A stretch of 64,000 bases of DNA from an uncultured bacterium. Its GTDB lineage: Bacteria > Verrucomicrobiota > Verrucomicrobiia > Limisphaerales > UBA8199. The DNA is taken from the NCBI GenBank assembly GCA_963749495.1, contig CAVVMW010000021.1:352001-416000 (forward strand), given 5' to 3'. A model generated the notes under the pieces. The model was not told the DNA's origin and ran no database searches. It saw nothing but the letters and a program-made list of their open reading frames with translations. Below are positions 50,726-61,023 of this stretch, one piece after another. The position numbers and the translations under genes are program-made. Within the stretch, counting starts at the first letter, position 1; each line of letters opens with the position of its first letter.

Positions 50726-53700
50726 TCACTTCCCCGGCGCCGGCGGTTGCTGGAAGTCTGGTCTTCGCATGAGCGGGCCCAGGCGGGGGTCTTTTTGGGC
50801 CTCGCGGAGGAGGTCGCGGGCGCGCGGGTCCCTCTTGAGGCGCTGGGCGTTGAGTTCGAGGGTGCGGCGCAGGTGCGTCATGGCCTCGGGGGCATTGTCG
50901 ATGGCGGCCTTGAACGCGGCCACATTGAACCAGGCCTCCGGGGAATCGGGCGAGAGCTTGAGGGCCAGCTCGAGCGTGGCCCCGAGCCTGGGGATGTCGC
51001 CGATCTGGACGAAGGCCTGGGCCAGGACGTCCAGCGCGGCGTAATTGACCTGGGGATTGTGAAGGACCCGGTCCAGGACCTCGACCGCCCGGTTGGTTTG
51101 GCGCAACTGCAGGAGGGACACGGCGAGGTCGAAGGCAGCCTGGAAATTGGTGGGGTTGTCCTGGACGGCCTTCTCCAATTGGGGAATGGATTGGGTGGTG
51201 CCGGTGCGCTTCCCGGCCTCGGCTTTCCACTTCTGGAGGCTGTTGATGATCGTGACGGTCTGCCCGTTGTTCGGATCCAGCTTGAGGCAGGTGTTGGCAA
51301 TGAGCAGGGCATCATCGAACCGCTGGAGGTTGGCCAGGAACTGCACGTAGCGGCCGACAGCCTCGAGGTTGAAGGGGCAGAAGGCGAAGGCCTGGCGCAG
51401 GGTAAAGTCCAGCTCTTTGATCAGCCGCTGCTGCTCGGGCCCCGGCTTGGCCGTGTTGAAAAGCCGGTAGTTGTAGATCCCCGCAATCGCAGAGCGCAGT
51501 TTCGAGTACACTTTCTGCGCATCATCGTCGCGGATAAACCGGCGATCCCCCGTAAACCCGGTGAAATCGCGGCGCCGATAGACCCGCTCGACCCACGCCA
51601 CGATCTCCTGGATGCTCGTGTCGTAGGTAATCCAATTGCCAATGAGCCGGGCCGAATACTGCGTCCAAAACTGGTGATCGCGCTGGACCATCTCCTCGGT
51701 CAATTCCGGGGGCGGCTGGCGGTTGAGCTTCATGATGATCCCGTAAGGTGTCAGATACGGGTACATCCATTTGATCGGCATGCTCTCCTCGACATAGAAC
51801 TCCCGGCTGGGGTTCCGGTCGAATATGACCTTGGTCAGAAGACCGTTGACGGCCATCACCCCGAATTGGCCATGGATCTGCACCTGGCCGTTGGGGAGTT
51901 CGACGATGTCTTCGCCCGGGTCAAGTTTGTTGGAATGGAGCCGTTCCCTGGCGTTGACCAGATATTCCTGAGTGCAGCGAAGGGCCTCGGCCTCCGTGGG
52001 GGTGACGATTTCGCGGTCCGGATAGACCCCGCCCAGGCTGCGAGCCAGTTCCTTGGGATAAGCGGCCTCCAGGAGCAAGCGGTTCAGACGGATGCGCGTG
52101 TCGCCCTTTGGATTTTGGCTGATGAATTCGGCCAGGTAGGGCGAAATGACGACCTGCTTGAACCGCTCCGGTTCGTAAAGCGGGCCTGGTGGCGCCCCCC
52201 GGTCCACCAACTCCCGCTCCAGCAGACGATTCAGGTCCTGGACCAGGTTGCGGCGCAAGCCGGGCCCGTCGGGTTTGGCGGCGAGCAGTTGGCGGGTCGA
52301 GGGGGCGAGGTTGGCGTAGAGGCATTTCGAGACCGGGTCCTGGCCAGGGCCGGGGCAGAGCCGGGCGGCAAAGGCGGGCAGGTCGGTGAAGTCGCCCTGG
52401 CTGAACCAGGAGGTATAGGTGCGGCGCCGCTTTTCGATCCGCTCGCCCAGGCGGGTGAAGAAGCGGTCCAGCGGCAGCCCCGCGCGGGCGAAGATATTGG
52501 TCTCGTCCGGCTTATCGCGGAAGATTTGGCGCAAGCCCTCCTCAAAGAAGGGCGGGTCAAACTGCTGGCTGCGGCTGTATTGCGCGCGGATGTAGTTGAG
52601 GTAAGGCGGGTCGGCCAGGGCGTTTTGGGTGATGATATACACGTCGCGGCGGTCGAACGACGGGTCCTGGGGCTTGCACCGGGGCGGGATGAAGCTCTCG
52701 CAGAAGATCATGTAGGTGGGGCAAAAGCGCCCGGCGTCGGTGCCGCCGAAGAGGATGGCATCGCGGGCCATCTCCGGGTAGAGCGGTTTGTGCTCGGAGC
52801 CCTGGAAGGGCGGGCTGAACATGTCGTGGCCGTACCAATAGCCGAACCAATGCCCGCGCTGTTCGTTGTCCGACCAGTGAGTCAGAATCGAGTGCAGGGG
52901 CATCAGGGCGAAAAGCGACAGGGTCAGGGCCAGCGGCGCGCGCTGGCGATAAAACCAGGCGGCTGCAAGGAAAACCAGCGTCATCGCCAGCAGTATCAAC
53001 CCGGCATAAACCGGCAGGCCGTATTGATTGGGATTGGTGAAGACCTCTCCGATGAAGCGGAGCAGCCGCCCCACGCCCATCTCGGTGTCTTCGCCGAAAT
53101 AAGTGGACTGCGTCAGTTCAGCCAACGAGAGCGCGGCCAACGCCGCCGCGGCCAAGCCCCCGGCCAGGCCCCAGGCGCGAAACCGCTCATAGTGCGTCGC
53201 CATGTACGCCGCGATGAGGGTCAGCCCGTAACCCATCAGCAAGGCGATGAACGTGTGCGAGGCAGTGAAGAAGACGCGCACCAGCGCCTGGGCGTTGCGG
53301 TCCGGCGGCGGATTCAGCAGAATGAGCAGCAGCACGCCCATGCACAGGTACATCGCCACGATGCCGATCAGCCAGGCGCGTTCCCGGCGATGGAGCTTGC
53401 GGAAAAAGACAAAGGGCACCAGCGCCAGGAATGCATAGACCCAGTTGAACTCCTCGATGATGCCCTTGCCAAGGCTCGTCAACTGCCAAAGGAAAACGCC
53501 GGGATGGCCGAAGATGTCGGTCGGGTGGGTCTTCTCGTACTGGCCGCGCGTGAGGGCGTGGATGAAGCCGTCCACGGTGCGGGGATAGGCCCATTCCATG
53601 GGCGGGTTGCTCATGCAGGCCAGGGGCATGTAGAAGTAGAATGCCGCCCCAACCAGCCAGCACAGGCCGCAAACGAGCACCACACTCCACTCGTTGCCCA

Positions 53701-54737
53701 GGTGGCGCGTCCGCCGCGCCAGCCACACGAAGACGCCCAGGACCGCCAGCGCCACCGCCAGGCCCGGCGCGCCTGTGATCGGCATCGAGATCAGCAGCAG
53801 CCACAACGCCGTGTACGCCGCATCGGTCGCAAACTCCTCGGCACGCTCCCGAGTCAGCGCGGCAAACGCCGCATAGGCCGCGATCGAGCAGCCGCCCACG
53901 ACGTGGAAGATGACGAACACCGCAGGGTTGGCCTCCAGGATGGCCAGCAGATGCCGCGTGCTCAGCAGCACGCCCCCGACATAGATGATGCTGTTGCCCA
54001 GAAACAGGTTCCGGCCCATGCGAAAGTCCCGGGCCGCGATGGCCACCTCGATCCCCATAGCGGCCACAATGAGCGTCTGGTGGTTGGTGAAGCACAGGCC
54101 GAAAAAGAACAGGGCATAGTAGAGGTAGCGCCGCTGAGAGGGGGCATACACCCAACGCTGCAAACAGAGCAGCACGATCACCAGCGAGAGCACGCTCAGG
54201 GAATAGACCTCGACGATGACCGATTGGCTCCACATGAAGCCGTTGTAACCCAGAAGCATGCCCGCCACGAACCCGGAGACCGTGCAGATGGCGCGCTCCC
54301 ACCGGCCGGCCAGCGTCTTGAGTTCCTCGATCCCCTCGATCAGGAGGCTGCTCCCGCGGCAGACCAGCAGGCCCAGCAACCCGGCCGCCAGCGCCCCGCT
54401 GGCCGCCTCGCCCAGCGCCACCCGCCAGGCGACGTTCCGCAACGGCACCAGCACCGTCCACAACCACGTGTAGAGCGTCCAGACCGGGTAGCCGGGCGCG
54501 TGGGGAATCCCGGCGTAAAACGAGCCGGTCGCCAGTTCGCCCGAATCCTCCAGCGTCACCTCCGGCGCCAGCGTCAGATAGTAGCCAAGCCAGACGGCTG
54601 CCGCAGTGACCAGGCACGTGAGCCAGTCAACCCGCCGGAACAGCGGCGCCGGTGCCGCAGCCAACGCGGCGGACTGCCCGGGCGCCGAGGAGGGCAACGG
54701 TGGTGCGTTCTGGTTAATCAAATCTCTCTGCCCCCAT
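50726..54737 (-). CDS. DUF2723 (TMEM260-like) glycosyltransferase-type membrane protein with C-terminal TPRs; start uncertain
   Basis: TLAP.V.LEDSGEL, GIPHAPGYP, WSQSVIVEVYSL, NHQT, many TM segments, TPR-like C-terminus. Confidence 0.8.
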
Positions 54738-54774
54738 GTTTTTGCCTGCTCTTGTTTTTGGCTGGGGCTGGCCG

Positions 54775-55161
54775 CTACCAGCGCCTGCGCGAGTCGAAGA
54801 CGGCGCTGACGGGCGAGGTCGTCCCGTTGCGGACGGTCCATTCATAGGCGTCGGCGGGGAGGCGGTTTTCGGTGCGCGACAAGTTGCCGGCAATGAAGGC
54901 GGCGGCGCTTTGGTTGCTGAGGATGACGGCGACCATCGGTCCGGCATTGGAAGGGCTGAGGAAGGGGTTGCTATGATGAGAGAGGAAGAGCCCCAGCAAC
55001 ATGAGGCCTACGGTGGCGGGAGCCAGCCAGTCGAGCCGGAAGGCGGGCAGCGTCTCGGCCATGGCCGGGCGCGGAGCGAAGAGCCGCCGCTCAAGACTCG
55101 CCGAGGGGCGGCGCGGCGCCCACGAGCGCAACTGGGCTTCCAAATCGTTCATCTCGTTCAT
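54775..55161 (-). CDS. Putative anti-sigma / single-TM protein
   Basis: LEAQLRSWAPRRPS N-terminus, one TM helix; overlaps the ECF sigma gene. Confidence 0.55.
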   Translation of the reverse strand: MNEMNDLEAQLRSWAPRRPSASLERRLFAPRPAMAETLPAFRLDWLAPATVGLMLLGLFLSHHSNPFLSPSNAGPMVAVILSNQSAAAFIAGNLSRTENRLPADAYEWTVRNGTTSPVSAVFDSRRRW

Positions 55162-55648
55162 ACTCGACCTCCGTTCGTTCCAGGTGCCGCCGCAGTTTCT
55201 GCAGGCCGTAACGGTAACGGCCGGCGGCGGTGTTTGGGGATATTTCGAGCAACTCTCCGATCTCCTCGAAGGTGTACTCGTGCCAGATCTTCAGGACAAT
55301 GACCTCCCGCTGTTCCCGGGGCAGGCCGGCCAACGAGCGCATCGCTTCCCGTTCGGCCGGCGTCTCGGAGGGGGAGGCCTCGAACCAGTTGGCGGCCTCC
55401 CACTCGCGGGCCAGCCGCCGCCAAAGGCTGCGCCGATAGTTCAACGCCCGGTTGCGAAAGCTGCGCACGCAGTAGTGCTCCGGCAGGGCAGGGGACTGGC
55501 TGCGGCGCATAAGCGCCAGAAACGTCTCTTGCAGGACGTCTTCGGCTTCGCTATGGCTCAGCCCCAGCGCCCGGCCATACAGGATCAACTCGGAGGCCTT
55601 GGCATGATACAAGGCCTCGCACCAGCCGCATGGTTCGCCAGCAGTCAC
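55091..55648 (-). CDS. ECF RNA polymerase sigma factor
   Basis: AEDVLQETF, RNRALN..R, LPREQREVIVL, TFEEIG..L.IS.NT...RYRYG..KLR. Confidence 0.9.
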   Translation of the reverse strand: MTAGEPCGWCEALYHAKASELILYGRALGLSHSEAEDVLQETFLALMRRSQSPALPEHYCVRSFRNRALNYRRSLWRRLAREWEAANWFEASPSETPAEREAMRSLAGLPREQREVIVLKIWHEYTFEEIGELLEISPNTAAGRYRYGLQKLRRHLERTEVEYERDERFGSPVALVGAAPPLGES

Positions 55649-55778
55649 ATTCCAAGCATTCACTGAATAGACACCAAACGCCAGTGATTTGTATAACCGA
55701 ATTCCGCGGATTTGGGAAGGGGGTAATCAATGGGCGCAACTCAGTTTCTGGCAACCCGCGGCGATTGGTCGCCCCTTG

Positions 55779-55925
55779 CCCCTCACCCCGGCCCTCTCCC
55801 CGTCTGACGGGGAGAGGGAGCAGCAAAGCGCGGTTCTCCCAAATTCCAGCGCCGCGTGATTCGTCAACAGACGGGCGGCGATCCTCCCTCTCCCCATCGG
55901 ATGGGGAGAGGGCCGGGGTGAGGGG
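55779..55925. repeat. REP-like palindrome family G (CCCCTCACCCCGGCCCTCTCCC...GGGAGAGGGCCGGGGTGAGGGG)
   Basis: 22-bp perfect outer arms with internal hairpins. Confidence 0.85.
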
Positions 55926-57297
55926 AAACCCCGCCCTCGGCGCCAACGATGGCGCTTCCCTGTTCCAGCAGGTCCCGGATCTCGGCGGCGGTCTTGTGCC
56001 CGGCGCGGTATTGTGCTCGCAGCTTGATCAGTCGATTCAGTTTGTCCGCGGGCGCGCCCTGTTCCAGTTCGATATACTCGATGCTCCGGTAGCGCGTCCG
56101 GGGCGTGGGCCGGTGCTCCTGCCGGCCCAGGCCCGCCTTGGCGCCATCCACCAGCATGGCCGGCGGCGGGTACTCCTTGACCTGCTGTGGCAGCGATTCG
56201 GTGACGTGGTCGAAGATGACGCTGTCCATCGCCACCGGGTCGGTCCCGAGCAGCAGGCAATTGGGGGAGCGCCCCCCGAACTGCTTCCACCCGGTGGGCG
56301 GGTTGCCGCCCCAGTTCCAGCCCGCGAAAATGCCGTCGCACACAATCAGCCGCGTCTTGGCGCCCACGTGGGGGTTCATCCAGATGTCCACGGCCGGGTT
56401 GTTCTGGCTGTGGAACATGGCGCCCTTTTGGCCCTCGCCGTTGTAGCGCGGCTCGTGAAAATAGGCGCAACTGGCGATGGTGCCGAAGTTGTTCTTGAAC
56501 GCGCCCGTCACGCCCGCCGAATCGTGGCGCTTCATGATCGGCAGATTGATGAAATGGGCGGCGCCGATGAGCTGGTCCGGGACGCGGTGGCTGGTGACCC
56601 GTTGCTTGCGCCGGTCAATGACCGGGTCGCGGAATTGGACCACGGCATGGGGATCGTTGCTGGTCCAGGTGATGCCGTTGCCGTCGGGCACATACGAGGA
56701 GCGGAAAAGGGCCACATTGGGGAAGGCCGCCTTGATCTTCCTGGCCAGCCGGTCCGGAGTCAGCCGCGGCGTGCGCCGCCCGGGGTCCGGGTCCCCCTCC
56801 GACCAACTGGCGTCGCCGATGCCGATGTGGTCCTGCGGCACGCCCAATCGCGTGAGCGCCCGGAGCACCGCGTTGATCGGCTCGGCAATCGCGTCCGTGT
56901 CGTTGTAATGCGTGTCCCAGGCGATCTTGTCCCACTCGCCTTTCCACATGTCGTAAGTGGTGGTCGTGTTGATCTTGATAAAGACGCGCTCGCCCGGCTG
57001 GTAGGGCACCAGCCGCCGCATGGCCTGGTCCGCGCCGCTCTCGCCGGTCAGGGCGCACAGGGCCGAGTCGAACATGGCGCACACGGCCTTCTGGCTCACG
57101 AAATTGCCGTAATACGTCTCCCGCGCGCCCTGCTGAAACTCGAAGTCCAGCACGTCAAAGAAGCTGGCCAGCGGATTGTGTACCCTCACGATGCGGTGCT
57201 CCCAGCGGACGGCGCCAGCCGACGCCGGCCCGGGCCACAGCGCGGCCCCCGCGGCCACAGCCGACACCTTCAGAAATTCACGGCGGTTCAGTTGCAT
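55864..57297 (-). CDS. Tat-exported DUF362 family protein
   Basis: NRREFLK Tat motif; VFIKIN, INLPIMKRH..AGVTGAFKN.FG, DPVAMD. Confidence 0.8.
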   Translation of the reverse strand: MQLNRREFLKVSAVAAGAALWPGPASAGAVRWEHRIVRVHNPLASFFDVLDFEFQQGARETYYGNFVSQKAVCAMFDSALCALTGESGADQAMRRLVPYQPGERVFIKINTTTTYDMWKGEWDKIAWDTHYNDTDAIAEPINAVLRALTRLGVPQDHIGIGDASWSEGDPDPGRRTPRLTPDRLARKIKAAFPNVALFRSSYVPDGNGITWTSNDPHAVVQFRDPVIDRRKQRVTSHRVPDQLIGAAHFINLPIMKRHDSAGVTGAFKNNFGTIASCAYFHEPRYNGEGQKGAMFHSQNNPAVDIWMNPHVGAKTRLIVCDGIFAGWNWGGNPPTGWKQFGGRSPNCLLLGTDPVAMDSVIFDHVTESLPQQVKEYPPPAMLVDGAKAGLGRQEHRPTPRTRYRSIEYIELEQGAPADKLNRLIKLRAQYRAGHKTAAEIRDLLEQGSAIVGAEGGVSPHPGPLPIRWGEGGSPPVC

Positions 57298-57396
57298 ATA
57301 AGCTTGGGAGGAGCATAGGGCAGATCGGTCGGCCGGTTCAAGGGCCGAGTGGCGGGGGACGCGATTAAAAGCGTCGGGCATGCGCCTCGGGGGTTT

Positions 57397-57586
57397 TGTC
57401 CCGGAGGGACATCTGACAGTAGCCCGGCGTTTCAACGCCGGGAAGGCCGCAAAAGGGACGCTCGTCCCGAAGGGACGACTGAAAACACTCCTTGCTCTCA
57501 GCCGTCCCTTCGGGACGGACCGGCTCCTTTGGTCCGCTCACCCGGCGTTGAAACGCCGGGCCATTGTCGGAAGCCCCTTCGGGGCA
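57397..57586. repeat. REPIN-like palindrome family F (GTCCCGGAGGGAC..AGCCCGGCG..CGCCGGG)
   Basis: Second copy at 62665-62870. Confidence 0.85.
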
Positions 57587-57697
57587 AGAAAGCGCCGTGC
57601 GCTGACCGACAGTCTTGATCACACCTGTGTCGAGGGACGAGGGACGAGGGACGGTCGCCCAGCGTTGTCGAGGCCAGTGTCGTGTGTGATTGAATTG

Positions 57698-58070
57698 TCA
57701 GTGGGCCGCCAGCCAGGTCGTCAGGTCCTGGCGGGATGTGAAGTCCACCAAGGCCTCCCCAAGGTCTCCAAGTTGCTCGAAGGAGAATTGGCCGATGCGC
57801 GCCTCCCATTCGGGCTCCAGCGGGCCAAACCGTTTTCGTAACTGCCGCAGGACGAGTTGGCGCTCCTGTTCGCGCCCAATTTCAATGCCCTTCTCTTCCC
57901 AAACTGGTCGTCAGTTCCATAATGCTGGCCTTTTCGCTTTCTCCGAGCAATGTAGCGGCCTGGCGATCCAAAAGCAATGTTCCGTGCCTGTTGCGCCGTG
58001 AGCACGCGCCGATGAACCGTGAACAAGGCCGGGCTGCCGGATGGTTGAGGCTGCGCGCTTGCACGCTTTG
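57698..58070 (-). pseudogene. Rpn/DUF4351 remnant
   Basis: Manual translation from ATG 57920 with one frameshift: MELTTS-WEEKGIEIGREQERQLVLRQLRKRFGPL...FEQLGDLGEALVDFTSRQDLTTWLAAH*; upstream part decayed. Confidence 0.7.
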
Positions 58071-58122
58071 GCGCAAAACTTCGCCCTTGCATTTGCCTTA
58101 CGGCGTAATAGGAATTCAAGCC

Positions 58123-58446
58123 ATGAACCGCAAAGACATCGAATTCGACGCCGAGGCGCTGGTCGGGAGTGTGGAGGCGCTGGCTGCCCACGTTCGCGGT
58201 GAGCGCAAGCTCACGTTGCGCACCCGTGCCATGGCACTGCCGGGACCCATTCGAGCGCTCCGTCCCAAGGACGTGGCTGCCCTTCACCGCCGGCTCAACG
58301 TGAGCCAGTCGGTTTTTGCCGCCCTGCTCAATGTGCCCAAAGTCACCGCCATCAGTTGGGAGAAAGGGCGGCGCAAGCCCACCGGCGCCGCCCTGCGCCT
58401 CCTCGATCTGGTTCGCAAGAAACCTGACATTCTTCAGGGCGCGTAA
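58123..58446 (+). CDS. XRE-family HTH antitoxin (HigA/YiaG-like); no cognate toxin upstream
   Basis: LNVSQSVFAALLNV...ISWEKGRRKPTGAALRLL. Confidence 0.85.
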   Translation: MNRKDIEFDAEALVGSVEALAAHVRGERKLTLRTRAMALPGPIRALRPKDVAALHRRLNVSQSVFAALLNVPKVTAISWEKGRRKPTGAALRLLDLVRKKPDILQGA

Positions 58447-58504
58447 AGCAACGCGCCGAGAAAGTCGGCCTCAAAGAGTAGCAGATCCAGCCAGGGGCGT
58501 CGGG

Positions 58505-58875
58505 TTAGCGCGTGAGCGGCGGGCGGAAGCGTACGCGGCCGGCTTCCAAGATGACCAAGTGCCCTGGGACCGACTCGACCAGGGCGGCCTGTTTCAGGAA
58601 CCGATCCAGTAAACCGACAATCTGTGGGGCGGCCGCATCGTCGGGCAACCGCATCACCACAAGCCCTGCGTAATCGGACGGAGGATAGCAGCGGACATCG
58701 GCAAAATCCAGATCACGGGTCAACAAAACGGAGCCGGTGCTGCGAGCGTGGGTGGCAATCTGGGTATCGGGTGCGGCCCGAGGCCAAGGTCACGGGCATC
58801 GTCGGCTGTATGGCCAAACCGCTGGAGCAAAGCCAGCGCCGAACGCGGCAGGTTGGCATCCACCAGGAAGCGCAT
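58505..58875 (-). CDS. DUF5615 PIN-like toxin, apparent frameshift near 58777
   Basis: MRFLVDANLP..., APDTQIA, LLTRDLDFA, GLVVMRL. Confidence 0.8.
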
Positions 58876-58884
58876 GGCCCGACC

Positions 58885-59112
58885 TTAGGCGGCGAGTGGA
58901 TGAAAGGATTCTTGCTCGGCCAATTCGCCAACGAACTTGAGCGCCGCTCGAATGTCCTCCACACTGAGATCGTATTCGCGCTGGACTTCCTCGAATGTCA
59001 TACCGCCGGCAAGACTGCCGACAACGAGTGTGACCGGCATTCGAGTGCCGCGAATCACCGGCTTGCCGTGACAGATAGCCGGGTCAATGACAATACGATC
59101 GTGACCTTTCAT
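58885..59112 (-). CDS. DUF433 antitoxin
   Basis: IVIDPAICHGKPVIRGTRMPV, LAGGMT.EE...Y.L..EDIRAAL.F. Confidence 0.92.
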   Translation of the reverse strand: MKGHDRIVIDPAICHGKPVIRGTRMPVTLVVGSLAGGMTFEEVQREYDLSVEDIRAALKFVGELAEQESFHPLAA

Positions 59113-59168
59113 AAAGTCAGGATAACGGTTTAAGCCCTGGAATGGTAGGGGAAAGGAGGAGGCTCTTA

Positions 59169-59196
59169 ACTAAATATAACAAACATTGTGCGAAAT
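59169..59196 (-). other. dif-like XerC/XerD recombination site ATTTCGCACAA-TGTTTG-TTATATTTAGT
   Basis: 11-6-11 layout; XerD arm matches TTATGTTAAAT at 8/11; XerC arm resembles ATTTCGCATAA; AT-rich intergenic location. Confidence 0.6.
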
Positions 59197-59312
59197 TACA
59201 CTGTGCAACAAATTGAAAAGCGATATACGACCCGAGGCGGCTTGCCGCCCAAATCCGTTCTTGGCGAACGTCCGCGATAGGTGTAAGTTTTCTGGCGGAA
59301 AAAAAGTGCATT

Positions 59313-59564
59313 ATGAGCGTCACCATTGAATTGGATTTGCCCGAGGAACTCATCCGACAAGCGCGCGAAATGGGTTTGCTGGACAACCGTCGGGTGGCTG
59401 AATTGCTGGCTGACGAAGTGCGCCGCCGGAGCGCCGGGCACGAATTGAAGAAGGTGCTGGACGAGATTCGTTCCGTGCCGGGCGAACCGTTGACCATGGA
59501 CGAGATTGGCGCCGAAATAAAGGCCGCCCGGGCGGAGCGGCGCGCGCGTGAAGCTCGTCGTTGA
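59313..59564 (+). CDS. Small antitoxin-like protein
   Basis: 83 aa, MSVTIELDLPEEL..QARE.GLL; overlaps the PIN gene start. Confidence 0.65.
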   Translation: MSVTIELDLPEELIRQAREMGLLDNRRVAELLADEVRRRSAGHELKKVLDEIRSVPGEPLTMDEIGAEIKAARAERRAREARR

Positions 59565-59727
59565 TATAAATGTGCTCGTGTCGGGTTCGCTGTGGAGGGG
59601 AAACCCTTCGCGACTAGTGGACGCGCTGCTTGAGGGCTCAGCCACGCTCTGCGCCTCTGCCCTTGTCATGGCGGAATTCGAGGAGGTGATCCAACGAGAC
59701 AAATTCCAAGAGCGAATGGAGCAACGG
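59548..59727 (+). pseudogene. PIN-family toxin, truncated after about 60 aa
   Basis: MKLVVDINVLVSG.LW.G.P...S...AEFEEVI.R.KF, then unrelated sequence. Confidence 0.7.
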
Positions 59728-59848
59728 ACACGGACCGCAGTGCGGGCTGGAGAACACCAGGAGCACGCGACTGCCGCGCAGGCCCTTCCAGCGCCAACTC
59801 GGTTCCGTCCAGCCGCGGCAGGCGGAAGTCGGGCGCGGGCGTGCCAGG
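59728..59848 (-). pseudogene. Redoxin/TlpA-like gene fragment
   Basis: Manual translation PGTPAPDFRLPRLDGTELALE/GLRGSRVLLVFSSPHCGPC (CxxC), one frameshift. Confidence 0.65.
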
Positions 59849-59850
59849 TC

Positions 59851-59995
59851 AAGAGCTGTGCAAAGAAGTCCTGGGTTGCGTCTTCGGGGTCCGATGGCGA
59901 GTGTCCGCTGCGGCGGATGAAGGCGCAGGGAGCGCACCCATGTGCCGCGCAGAATTCAGCCGGCGCTCGTTCCGAACTCGGCGAGCCACGCTTGC
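59851..59995 (-). pseudogene. Decayed ECF sigma factor fragment
   Basis: EFCAAHGCAPCAFIRRSGHSPSDPEDATQDFFAQLL resembles LC..YW.PLYA..RR.GH...DA.DLTQ.FFA.LL. Confidence 0.55.
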
Positions 59996-60051
59996 AGATT
60001 GCTGAGGCCAACTCATGGAGTTGATCGGCTTGTACGTCATCCCCGAGTCTC

Positions 60052-60525
60052 CTAATCCTTCACGAACACGACTTCCATCCCCTCAGCCGCCGCAATCCTG
60101 GCCTGGCACGCGTCCGTCGAAAGAAAAAGCTCACATTCCAACTCGATGGCGAATGCCAGGTGCAACAGATCCAGGCTCTTGGCCCCGGTGGTTTCAGTGT
60201 GCTTGAGGGACAAACTCCTGGCCCTGGCACAAGCCGCGTCCCAATCTCCACTGGTTTCGACCAGCGCGCCGCGGGCACTGAGGTGCGAGAGACGGTGCAG
60301 CGCGGCCGCCGCGTCCCGGGTCACTTGGGACCGCTCCCGCGAGCCCACCGAGTTTCTGAGGTCAAACGCCCTCGCCCGGATAGCGTTCTCGGCCTCAAGC
60401 GCGTGCAGAGGCAGAAATGGCAGAGCGGGCCTGCCGAGCCGGCGAAACTGGGCCACTGCCTCGTCGGTGCCGGCCTCGCGGGCGATTAGCTTAACGACGA
60501 AGCTGGTATCGGCATACACTCTCAT
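60052..60525 (-). CDS. VapC/PIN toxin
   Basis: VYADTSF.VK, LE..NA, KSLDLLHLA.A, FLSTD..Q..AA...G. Confidence 0.88.
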   Translation of the reverse strand: MRVYADTSFVVKLIAREAGTDEAVAQFRRLGRPALPFLPLHALEAENAIRARAFDLRNSVGSRERSQVTRDAAAALHRLSHLSARGALVETSGDWDAACARARSLSLKHTETTGAKSLDLLHLAFAIELECELFLSTDACQARIAAAEGMEVVFVKD

Positions 60526-60764
60526 CGGCGGGCATCCTTGATGATCCTTGAAAGGCTGAGAGGGGACGCCGGTTGGCGCAGAACTTCATCCAGCAGTTCA
60601 TCGATGGCACTGGCGCGCTCCGGGGCGTCGCCTTGCGCAACGGCCGGCTGTAAAATCCAGAGCGGCCGCCCTCGATCGGTGATCTGGACCGGCTGCCCGG
60701 CTCGGGTGATTCTCTTCACCCGGATGGGTTCTCTGAGCAGTTGACGAAGCGGAATGGATTTCAT
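60522..60764 (-). CDS. Phd/YefM-like antitoxin
   Basis: MKSI.LRQL....G.PVQITDRGRP; ATGA overlap with the VapC gene. Confidence 0.75.
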   Translation of the reverse strand: MKSIPLRQLLREPIRVKRITRAGQPVQITDRGRPLWILQPAVAQGDAPERASAIDELLDEVLRQPASPLSLSRIIKDARR

Positions 60765-60801
60765 CTTGTCTGACGTTATCGTCAGACGAGCCGCGTGTCA
60801 A

Positions 60802-61023
60802 CCTCAGAATCGGTATCACCGAATACGATTGGGGCGCCGAAAGCCACAACAACTGCGCTACCTCGCGGGCCGCTATCCTCGGCATCTTCGGGCGCGAGGG
60901 CTTCGACCTCGCCACCCGCTGGACGGCGCCAAGTGCCGACACGCCCGCCTACGCGGCAATCCAGACTTGCCGCGATTACGACGTTAACAGGTTCGGCTTC
61001 GGCGACACGAGCGTCCAGACCGG
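60802..61023 (+). pseudogene. GH44 endoglucanase internal fragment (decayed)
   Basis: Manual translation LRIGITEYDWGAESHNN...ILGIFGREGFDLATRW...RDYD....FGDTSV; no start codon or N-terminal part. Confidence 0.65.

Noticed and set aside
50525..54847. 1440-aa plus-strand ORF (and similar long ORFs at 29507-31459, 46231-48636, 55630-57318)
   Set aside because: Antisense to DUF2723, ABC, GH38 and DUF362 genes; shadow ORFs
1331..58875. About 12 frameshifted genes (protease, S51, Fe-ADH twice, GriC-like, propeller, MBL, apbE, rsmI, GH38, DUF5615) read as pseudogenes or programmed frameshifts
   Set aside because: Single-base indels are scattered evenly, hit housekeeping genes such as rsmI, and both halves remain conserved; sequencing error is the simplest explanation
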